DNA from: Eledone cirrhosa
Taxonomy: Eukaryota
Direction: 5' to 3'
DNA: 64,000 nucleotides
Assembly (NCBI GenBank): GCA_964016885.1
Contig: OZ024756.1
Coordinates: 26,226,001-26,290,000 of the forward strand
Numbering within the stretch: the stretch's first letter is position 1; every line of letters starts with the position of its first letter. Below, one piece after another: positions 54,534 through 64,000 of the stretch. Below the pieces are notes generated by a model. That model had not been told where the DNA came from and did not search any database. It saw nothing but the letters and a program-made list of their open reading frames with translations. Both the position numbers and the translations under genes were made by a program.

Positions 54534-55560
54534 CTATATCTAAGGCGGGTAAAATTCCCGAGATCCATGGACGAGTTCTCTCCAGCGGTCTCTGTCCCTC
54601 ATTATCGCTGCCATGTCCTGCATCGCCAACAGACCAGTGTCTGTCCTTAGGGCATCACCATACGTTAACCTTGGTCTTCCTCTTCTAGAGTGTCCATGTA
54701 GGGGCTCCCACAGGAGCACTGAGTGCAATGTCAACTCTGGATGTCGGTGAGCATGTGCAGCTAACCTCAGTCTCCTCTGTGTCACTTTTGAGCTGACTTT
54801 TGGGATGCTCCCATACAACTCTGAGTTTTTCATCCTCAGTGTATACTGATTAATGTTCAGAGCCATCCTCAGCATTCTCGTGTAGGACCCATCCACCATC
54901 TGAGTGAGTTTCTTGGTCAGTGTCCAAGTCTCAGACCCATACAGCAGCACAAACTCCACTACAGCAATGAAGAGGCGGATTTTCAGGTCTTCACGAAGGT
55001 CCGACTTCCACACCGATCTCAAGCTGTGGCACGCCGCCCAGGCTTTGCTCTTCCTCTCAACCACATCATCTTCCGTATTCCCAATCTTTGCTCCCAAATA
55101 CAGGAAGCCCTCAACCAATTCTAGCGGCTTCCCGCCTACATTAGTGATCCCCTCTGGCTTCTCAACATTCTCTACCAGATATTTTGTTTTAGTCTCATTC
55201 ATTCTCAGCCCCACACTCATCGACACAGTCTCAACCTCCCACATCAAATCCTCTGCCTCCTTCACTGTATTTGTCACTAAAACTATGTCGTCAGCAAATT
55301 CAGCATCCGATACCTTTTTCGCCTTAACTCTCCTGCTCCGAGCCGGTGCTACAGTAAAGCCAGACTCCTGGTGTTTCTCCAGTGCAAGGCGCATACAATA
55401 GTCCACTACGATGATAAAAAGGTAGGGAGCCAATGTATCTCCCTGGAGCACTCCAGCCAGTATCTCAAAGAACTCTGTCATCCCATCAGGTGTAATGACT
55501 TGGGCTTTGGACCGTTACTGCCTTATGGAATTCCCAAGTGGACCTGATATCACTGCTCTA
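54534..55560 (-). mobile_element. 5'-truncated RTE-like LINE with 5' inversion
   Basis: GVLQGDTLAPYLF, FADD, LLYGSETW, RGRP. TSD caccttatatat at 54522-54533 and 55561-55572. Shorter 3' fragments of the same family at ~9920-10153 (+), ~25575-25855 (+), ~8085-8210 (-). Confidence 0.88.
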
Positions 55561-55565
55561 CACCT

Positions 55566-55599
<34 letters not shown>

Positions 55600-55724
55600 G
55601 ATGATTTCTCACGAATGAAACAGTTCTAGTCCTGTAGAAGCTCTTCTATATTAATATATATATATATATATAACTTCTTAACAAAAACTTCTTAATAAAA
55701 AACGGCTAGAATTTATGTTTCAAC

Positions 55725-55827
<103 letters not shown>

Positions 55828-56162
55828 ATAATAATAAATGTGAAGACTAAAATCCAAAGAGAGCTCGATAAGGATAAATATATATCAAATATATAAGGAC
55901 CATAGAGCAAATATTTATTAAAATAACAGATTAAAGTTTAAGCAAAGAATCGCTGCCCGTTAAGAGTGAAAGCAGTGATTCTTTGCTTAAACTTTAATCT
56001 GTAATGTAAAATAAAGTGTCTTGTTCAAGGACACAACACATCACACAGTCCGAAAATCGAACTCACAACCTTCCAATTGCCCAATACTCTAACCACTAAG
56101 TCGCGTGTCTTCACACATACACACACACACATACATACATATATTCATATATACATATATTG

Positions 56163-56230
56163 TTTATCTGATGAAAACACAAATATTATTGCATGATGAT
56201 GTTTGTTTTTGAAATGCGCATAATAAAATA
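56163..56230 (+). ncRNA. minimal type I hammerhead ribozyme motif (family A), ABCA intron 4, sense
   Basis: TTTAT-CTGATGA-AAACACAAAT..GTTTGTTTTT-GAAA-TGCGCA-TA-ATAAA. Palindromic stem III ATGCGCAT. Confidence 0.7.
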
Positions 56231-56260
56231 CATGGAACTCCTTTAACCATCTTTTGATCT

Positions 56261-56293
<33 letters not shown>

Positions 56294-56745
56294 ATGAAGG
56301 AAATGTGGTAAGGAACCAGGTGGACCATAACGCACAAGAGTACTCGATACTTTGGGTAGTAGAGTGGGTAATAGGAAAAGAGTCAGAACCCTGACAGCAG
56401 AGCTCAAGTCATTTCGACAGCTATTTCTGGATTATATATATGTATTAAAATGACAGATTAAAGTTTAAGCAAAGAATTGCTGCTTTCATCCTTAACAGGA
56501 TCTTCTGAAACTAATAAAAAAAATCAATCTGTGAATGCAGAAGTAAATATATATTTGATATATATTTAGCCTTATCGAGAGCTCTTTGGATTTTAATCTT
56601 CACATTTATTATTATTACTATTATTATTATCCCGCCGAGGTTGACTTTGCCTTTCATCCTTATGGGGTCGATAAAATAAAGTACCAGTAATGCACTGGAT
56701 AATTGCTGGCCTTGTGCCTAAAGTAGAAACAATTATTACTATTAT

Positions 56746-56783
<38 letters not shown>

Positions 56784-57179
56784 ATCTTGACTTATTTTCT
56801 GTATTACCATCCATTTCAAGATATAAAAACTTTTAAATCTTCAGGTGTCAAATTAGTATATGGGTGTCAAATTAGTGGTATTTGTTCCAGTTCTCTGCAC
56901 TTTGAGTTCAAATCCCACTGAGCTTATCATTGTTTCATGAGTGAAAACACTGTTTCAGATGGCATGTTAGTCTGTCATCAGCTGCATAGTTATTCTCATT
57001 TTCAGTTGGGTGAATTGGAGTAACATGAAATAAAGTGCTTTGTATCTCCTGTTCTAGGAGTTGAACTCATGACTTTATAATTGTGAGTCCAACACCCTAA
57101 CAACTAGGTCACTCACACTTAGGTTATGCATTTAAAAAGCAAAACAAAAATAATTTCTATTCCCTTCTTTCACACACAG

Positions 57180-57540
57180 GTTGTCATGGGCCATCGTGCA
57201 ATACTTCTTCACCAGCTGTGTGGTTATCGTGTCCACCATCCTCATCTATGCCATTGGTGTTCTACCAAACAGTAATGTCTTCCTCTTCTTCCTGAGTCTC
57301 ATGCTCTTTACATTGACACTCATCACTCTTTCCTTCCTTATGTCAATATTTTTCAAGAAATCTCAGGCAGCAATGACCTTACCTGCTTTCTACATCTTCC
57401 TTGTCACATTGCTTTATTTGGCTGTTGGACTGACGAGGACTTACTCAGCATCAACTGGTTTAGTGTACACAGTTCCAAAGTGGGGCCTAGTGCTAATATG
57501 CTTTATTTCCCCAATAGCATTTGCTCTCAATGTTGACAAC
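57180..57540 (+). CDS. ABCA transporter exon 5 (TM helices)
   Basis: Acceptor acacag. LSWAIVQY...hydrophobic helices...FISPIAFAL. Donor AAC|gtacgt. Confidence 0.9.
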
Positions 57541-57819
57541 GTACGTATAGTTCCACTTTACTTTCTCTCTCTGTTCTTTCTCAACACCATTTTAAATGCT
57601 ATTTTTCTTCCAGGCGGTGAAAAAGCAGAGTCATTAGAGTAGCAGATAAAATGATTTGAGGTTTTGCTTCTGGTGCTCTAAGTTCAAATCTTGGCAAAGT
57701 CAACTTTACTTTTCATCTTTCTGAGATTGATAAAATAAAGTACCAGTCAAGTACTGGGTGGATATGATTGACTTTACCATTTCCCCAAATTTCTGACTTT
57801 GTGACAATATTGGAAACTA

Positions 57820-58048
57820 TTAACCCTTTAGCAATTACATTACTCTATATGTACTATAATATTTTCATGGTAAAGGCTTTACCTCATATAATTATCTCAT
57901 GTAATATGGAATCTACGAGATTTTGATATTATTTATGTTGAGAACAATATCTTAACATTAGAATGGGTGGCCAGTTACAGCTGGTTTGAACAGAAAGAGG
58001 TGAGAGAATTCTGGCTGGTTATGGCCGGTTTAAATGCTAAAGGGTTAA
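57820..58048. mobile_element. piggyBac-type MITE (opposite orientation)
   Basis: TTAA TSD and CCCTTTAGCA TIRs. Internal sequence is reverse-complementary to the 52650 copy. Confidence 0.78.
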
Positions 58049-58356
58049 GGGTAGTGGATTGGCAGAGTTGATAGAGCATCAGACAGATGCTTAGTTCTAG
58101 CTTTTTATGTTCTCAGTTCAAATCTGTCCAAGGTCAATTTTGCCTTTCATCCTTCCTAAAGTACCAGTAATGTATTGGTGACAATATAATCAACTTTCCC
58201 CTTCTCCCAAATTGTTGGCCTTCTGTCAATGTTAGAAACAATGATAACTATTATTATTTGAGGGCATGTTTAGCAGAATAGAGTTATGGCTCTTTACTTT
58301 CTGAGTGCTGGTGCTGCTAATATTGTCTCTCTCTCTCTCTCTGCTCTTCCCTATAG

Positions 58357-58504
58357 GCTCTCTCCATGGACCTGTCAGGTGTTGGTTTGACCTTTTCCAC
58401 CCTTGACTATGGCTATTTTCCCACCTATGTACCTATGTTGATGTTACTACTTGATGCTGTCCTCTACTACTTTCTCTCCATTTACCTGGAGAAAGTTATC
58501 TCAG
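58357..58504 (+). CDS. ABCA transporter exon 6
   Basis: Acceptor cctatag. MLMLLLDAVLYYFLSIYLEKVISG (ABCA ML..D..LY...Y...V.PG motif). Donor G|gtgaga. Confidence 0.9.
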
Positions 58505-58730
58505 GTGAGATCATATTGCTTTTCATATCTTGATGGTCATGGGGGAGGAGCGTATGTAGTGGTGTGTAATAGTGGTGATGATGAAGATTATGGTGGTGGC
58601 GATGATGATAATGATGATGATGTGGATGATAGTGTCGATGATGATGGTCATGATGATGGGGATGATAATTATGGTGGTGGGGGTGGTGATGATGATGATG
58701 AATCTCTACCTTTGTTTTTATTCCTGTCAG

Positions 58731-58902
58731 GTGATTTCAAACGAGGCATGCACCCATGTTTCTGCTTCATCCCTTCATATTGGAAGAAACCCCAAAACAA
58801 GACAGGAATAGACAACCCAAACTTTGACGTCGAGCTGAACGCTGACATCAAGGAAAACATTGAACAAGTTCCGCCAGAATTAGAGAGCAAGATTGGAATC
58901 AG
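58731..58902 (+). CDS. ABCA transporter exon 7
   Basis: Acceptor ctgtcag. PCFCFIPSYW...IEQVPPELESKIGIR. Donor AG|gtaaac. Confidence 0.9.
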
Positions 58903-59146
58903 GTAAACACATACCCACATATTACACACTAGTTATCGATGCCAACAATAATGATAGCAACAGCATTGAACATTCCAATTTTGGTGTACAGGATGGGCAT
59001 ACTATATATATAGAATGGAAAACGAAAAATCAGTGATGCATCGGAACTCAATTTATTGTGTTACAATTGTTTCCCCGGCGAATAGCTTGAGGTGCGATCC
59101 GTACTCAACCTGCATACCCCCTATGGAAGCATCTTAGCTACCATTA

Positions 59147-59233
<87 letters not shown>

Positions 59234-59239
59234 AAATAA

Positions 59240-60775
59240 TAGAGAGGAAAAAGATTTTTTCAGTAGAAAATGTTGAAGAGATTCTTTCAGTATAATATCA
59301 AAACATTTATTTATAAAGTGGATATTTCCACATTTAATAATATCGGTCCTTCGTTCTCTGTTAGTCAGCCAACTAACAGAGAATGAAGGACAAACATGGA
59401 CAAAGATATGAACTCTCCTCTCTAAATATGTATGTAAAAACTAATAATTTTTCTTTCCCTTTTTATTATTCGTATAAATATGCAACATAACTACATTTTG
59501 CATATCTGCAGTTGAAAAAGCATATAATGCTAATGCTGAAACCGATATTATTAAATGTGGAAATATCCCCTTTATAAATAAATGTTTTGATATTATACTG
59601 AAAGAATCTCTTCAACATTTTCTACTGAAAAAATCCTTTTCCTTTCTACTATATGTTTTTATGCATATCAACTCATGTGTTACTTTTCTACATTCCATAT
59701 ATATATATATATAATATAATATTTGATGCTAAGATATTGACATACCATAGCATAACTTAACAATATCTTAACACCAAGTATTATATTTTATCTGAAGAAA
59801 GAATACTACAATTTAGTATCCTTGAAATATGTATAATGAAATAAATATGTTGTTATAAAGATATTTTCCATTTATTAATATTGTTAATATTATATATATA
59901 TATATCATCATCATCATCATCATTATCGTTTATATATATATATATAATTAATAATAATAAGGGCAAAGTGTTAAATCTTCATTACGTTTATTGAGGTGTG
60001 GTGCGCATTTCACAATTGATTAGCTCAAAGCTTGATCTATATTGATCTGGCCTGACTCTGGAACCAAAAGCTCGTCGGATTTCTGTTATGGTAATGATAG
60101 AATGATTCTCTTATACAGATTGAGCCTTGAGCTGATCAATTGTGAAACACATGTCACACCTCAATAAACGTAATGGAGATTTAACACTTCGTTCTGTTTA
60201 TTACATGGCCTTGTGCCTAAAGTAGAAACAATTATTATTAGTATTACACTCTGCTTAGTACAACACTAATATATCTACTGGAAACTACGCATTGAGTGCT
60301 CACTCTGGCAAACCTACAGTAACTGGACATTACAATCACTAAAGATATATATATATATAGATAGATATCCATATGTGGTTGATGGCTGAGATAAAGGAGT
60401 ACTCAATAGCAAAGTAGAGTTTTAATATTCATTTTTATTAAGGATAAAAAGTGAATTTTGTTACAGGGTCATCAGACAAGAACTGTTTCAATGGCACACA
60501 CAGTATGTGACACATGGTACCATGGACCCAGCACTATGTGTCAATAATTGTCACAAGTATAGTGTTTGAACCAGAGTTTTCAAGTCGCTGGCTGGACTAA
60601 AAAGTCACACTCGTTCAGCGCATCAGTAGGGGTTCTCCTACATGGATATAAAGTAGTGGCCGTACTCAAAAGCGAGTTGGCAGCCACCATATATATATAA
60701 AAGAGAAAACACAGGTAAGCATTAAGAGAAGGATTTATCCTTCTCTTAATGCTTACCTGTGTTTTCTCTTTTATA
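59240..60775. repeat. three inverted repeats in ABCA intron 7
   Basis: 59240-59347 pairs with 59541-59650. Second repeat 59965-60190. Third 60693-60775. Confidence 0.85.
59784..59843 (+). ncRNA. minimal type I hammerhead ribozyme motif (family A), ABCA intron 7, sense
   Basis: TATTTTAT-CTGAAGA-AAGAATACTA..TAGTATCCTT-GAAA-TATGTA-TA-ATGAAATA. Confidence 0.72.
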
Positions 60776-60909
60776 CTTTATACTCCAAGATTGAACGGAA
60801 TTCTTACAAACTTGTGGAGTTACCCCTAACCGTACGTTGAAACCGTCCATGAAACTGGCTTTCTTAACCATGCACTGGATCACAATAAGCAATTTTCTGC
60901 TTCCCTAAC

Positions 60910-60945
<36 letters not shown>

Positions 60946-61054
60946 CAAGTTCAAATTAGTTGATAATACAACAGTATTTATGTTCAAGAAAACTTAAAAC
61001 TCAATATAATTTTATAGATCATAAATTAATTCTTGCATTTCTATATTTCTGCAG

Positions 61055-61113
61055 AATCATGTATCTGTCAAAGAGTTTCAAAACTTCCAAGGAAACAATA
61101 ACAGCTGTTGACA
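61055..61113 (+). CDS. ABCA transporter exon 8 (start of NBD1)
   Basis: Acceptor tctgcag. IMYLSKSFKTSKETITAVD. Donor A|gtaagt. Confidence 0.88.
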
Positions 61114-61519
61114 GTAAGTTAAACTCTATTTTCATTCAGTCTCAGTTTCTTTCTTTCTTTCTTTCTTTTTGTTGGTGTTTATTGAAGGAAGGGCAGGCAG
61201 CAAATTTGAAGAGTGGTTAGAATGTCAGATAGATTATTTGTGGTATTTGTTCCAGCTCTGTTTGCTCTAAGTTCAAATCCCACTGAGGTCAACTTTGCCT
61301 TTCATCCTTTAGAGGTCAATAAATAAAGTACCAGTCCAGTACTGGGATTGATTTTTTCTCTATGTCTGTTTCTCACTTCCTCTCTATCACTCCTTCCTTC
61401 TCTCGAAGAAATCGGCTATGTTTAGATAAAAATAAAAGCCCTGATTTAGAACAAGAAAATACTACTAATCTTACATTGGACCCTAATTAACTGACCTCTT
61501 TCTGTTCCCTATATTTCAG

Positions 61520-61653
61520 AAATCAGTATGAACCTCTATGAAAATGAGATCACCTGCCTTTTAGGCCACAATGGAGCTGGTAAAACCACACTTATCAACA
61601 TGTTAACAGGTTTTATCAGACCTGATGAAGGACATGCTATCATAAAAGGATTT
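61520..61653 (+). CDS. ABCA transporter exon 9 (Walker A)
   Basis: Acceptor atttcag. ITCLLGHNGAGKTT, the ABCA-type Walker A. Donor TTT|gtatgt. Confidence 0.95.
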
Positions 61654-61663
61654 GTATGTTCAC

Positions 61664-61699
<36 letters not shown>

Positions 61700-62023
61700 T
61701 TATTGTTGTTATTGGGCCTACTCTGAGCATGCACCTGTAGGCTGAAGAGTGCAGAGAGAGGAGAGGGACTCTTTCCTATGGTGCTCTTGGTGTTGAGGGT
61801 TATTTTGGATTTGTGGGTTTCAGTAATGACACGTGGGTGGTGTTCCTCCATATTGACAATTTCTTTTGATTTGAATTTTTTGTTATTTATTGTTACTTGT
61901 TATCTTTGTTTCTATGCTTTTATATACACACCTCCATGGTCTCTCTCTTTTTATTGTCCATAAATTTCAGCCTTAGTGGCTATTATTAGGTTTCTGTGAA
62001 GGCACATGGTTTAGTGGTTAGAG

Positions 62024-62105
62024 CAGAGGTTCTCAAACTTTTTGGGCCACGATCCCCTTCAAGGCCACATAATACCCCCAACACCCCCAACCAGAGAGAA
62101 AATTG
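62024..62105 (+). mobile_element. hAT (Charlie-like) MITE end
   Basis: CAGAGGTTCTCAAACTTTTTGGGC terminus. Related reverse copy at ~11610-11720. Confidence 0.45.
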
Positions 62106-62269
62106 TAAATAATATATAATAAATAAAATCGTTAATTTATATATAATAAATAATATAATATATACTATGTATAAATAAATATTATATATTTTTTATTTTA
62201 CTATATTTATATATAACATGTATCACTTGATATTTAATTTACTATTATATCATCTTTATCACCCCCTTA

Positions 62270-62690
62270 GGCTACTGGATCATCAAGTGTGACCAGCCAA
62301 GCTCATGGATGTTATCCAACCATCTTGCTCGGGGTCTTTTGCCGGCTGGTTTTGCCCGTAAAATCTGTCCAGCGATTCTTTCCTGAGACATTTTAACCAC
62401 ATGCCCTTAATATCGGAGCAGTGATCTCTCAATTTGGAGAAGTAGCGGCTTTACCTGGAGTGACTCTCTGATCTCCGAGCTACAGATCTGTCCAGGGATT
62501 CTTTCCTGAGACATTCTAATCACTTGTCAGTAGTATTGGAGCTGTGATCTCTCAAATCGGAGAAGTAGCAGCTCTACCTGGAGTGACTTTCTGATCTATG
62601 AGCTATGCATTTTATCGAGTAACGTTACTCCAAAGACCCTTCGGAGGAATCCCATTTCCAGCCGAATGTCATCAGTGTTGTCACTGCTGT
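62270..62690 (-). mobile_element. degenerate RTE 3' fragment with internal duplication
   Basis: Minus strand reads like LR..GHVVKMSQERIAGQILRAKPAGKRPRARW. A ~120-bp segment is duplicated (62365 and 62485). Confidence 0.55.
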
Positions 62691-62785
62691 AAACAGCAGT
62701 GTTCTTTCCACTTCTCCCTGAACATATTTCACAACCGCAACTATAACTGTCATTTTATTATATTTGTTCTTCTTTGTTTTGACAG

Positions 62786-62938
62786 GACATTGCTAATTCT
62801 GACAACCTTGACCAACTTCAGTCAATGATTGGACTGTGTCCTCAAGAAAATGTTATACACGAAAACCTGACATGTAGGGAAAACCTGAGGACTTTTGCTG
62901 CTCTTAAGGGTCTTTCTGATGAGAAAACTGAAAAAGAG
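62786..62938 (+). CDS. ABCA transporter exon 10 (Q-loop); gene continues beyond the window
   Basis: Acceptor ttgacag. IGLCPQENVIHENLTCRENL..FAALKG. Donor GAG|gtaaat. Confidence 0.93.
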
Positions 62939-63029
62939 GTAAATTGTTATGGAAATGTGTCAGCAACCAATGTTGCAAATACTGTGACAAAAATTTTTTA
63001 TAAAAAAAAAAATGATAAATATAAAGTGC

Positions 63030-63325
63030 TATATGTAATTGCTATATAAATAGCAAACTGCTATATAAATGGCAAACTGCTATATGTAATTGCTATATAA
63101 ATAGCAAACTACTATATAAATGGCAAACTGCTATATGTAATTGCTATATAAATAGCAAACTACTATATGTAATTGCTATATAAATGGCAAACTGCTATAT
63201 AAATGGCAAACTGCTATATGTAATTGCTATATAAATGGCAAACTACTATATGTAATTGCTATATAAATGGCAAACTGCTATATAAATGGCAAACTGATAT
63301 ATGTAATTGCTATATAAATGGCAAA
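63030..63325. repeat. AT-rich short-unit tandem repeat
   Basis: Mix of gctatataaatggcaaact and gctatatgtaatt units. Confidence 0.88.
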
Positions 63326-63524
63326 CTTGGTAGAGCATCAAACAAAATGCCCAGTGCTGTTTGTTCTGGCTCTTTTTTGAAAAATCTAACCCTCTTCCTC
63401 ATATTGTTTCACCCCCTTTTCAAGATGGTGGTGGTGGGGGCACTGTTTACAGATCTAAACCCCCCTCCCCATCACATTGCCACACCTCCAATTGAAAGCA
63501 GGCATTGTTTACAAATCTAACCCC

Positions 63525-63962
63525 TAGTGCCACACCCCTAATTGAGGGCAGGCACTGTTGACAGATTTAACTACATGACGACACACTTCTGATTGAAGTA
63601 AGGCACTGATGAGAGATCTAACTCTCCTGTCAGTTCCATACCCCAAATTGAGGGCAGGCACTGTTGATAGATTTAACCCCTTCCTCTCTCTTGCAGGGTC
63701 ACACCCCAAATTGAGGGCAGGCACTGTTGATAGATTTAACCCCTCCCTCTCTTGCGGTGTCACACCCCAAATTGAGGGCAGGCACTGTTGATAGATTTAA
63801 CCCCTCCCTCTCTTGCCGGGCCACACCTCAAATTGAGGGCAGGCACTGTTGATAGATTTAACCCCTCCCTCTCTTGCAGGGCCACACCTCAAATTGAGGG
63901 CAGGCACTGTTGATAGATTTAACCCCTCCGTCTCTTGCAGGACCACACCTCAAATTGAGGGA
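63525..63962. repeat. 61-bp minisatellite
   Basis: Unit caaattgagggcaggcactgttgatagatttaacccctccctctcttgc.gg..cacacc. Confidence 0.92.
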
Positions 63963-64000
63963 GGAGCAGCTGTAAATGCTAATGTTCTTCCTGCCTTTAT

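Noticed and set aside
58505-58730. Asp/Gly-rich in-frame extension of ABCA exon 7
   Set aside because: A (GAT/GGT)n intronic tract between clear GT and AG sites. Splicing 58504 to 58731 restores the conserved ABCA sequence.

Overview
AT-rich, microsatellite-saturated eukaryotic DNA. The repeat families (tRNA-headed SINEs, RTE, CR1, R4/Dong and Tx1 LINEs) look most like an octopus or other coleoid cephalopod genome; this is inference. Two spliced genes lie on the + strand. The first is a complete 8-coding-exon SLC22-family (MFS organic ion) transporter, 7154-28135, 527 aa, with all introns GT-AG and phase-consistent. The second is the 5' part of an ABCA-subfamily (ABCA5-like) transporter, 10 coding exons from 44406 to 62938, running off the window. 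Introns and intergenic DNA hold LINE fragments, a Gypsy remnant, SINEs, piggyBac/pogo/hAT MITEs, Helitrons and minisatellites. The most striking unannotated signal is a dense set of minimal type I hammerhead-ribozyme motifs: at least 7 with intact cores, plus U3-A8 and other variants. They sit next to (TA)n tracts and at the turns of about 9 long fold-back inverted repeats, consistent with Penelope-like retroelement pseudo-LTR relics. Most short ORFs in the supplied track are microsatellite artefacts. Coordinates were counted by eye, and repeat boundaries are approximate.
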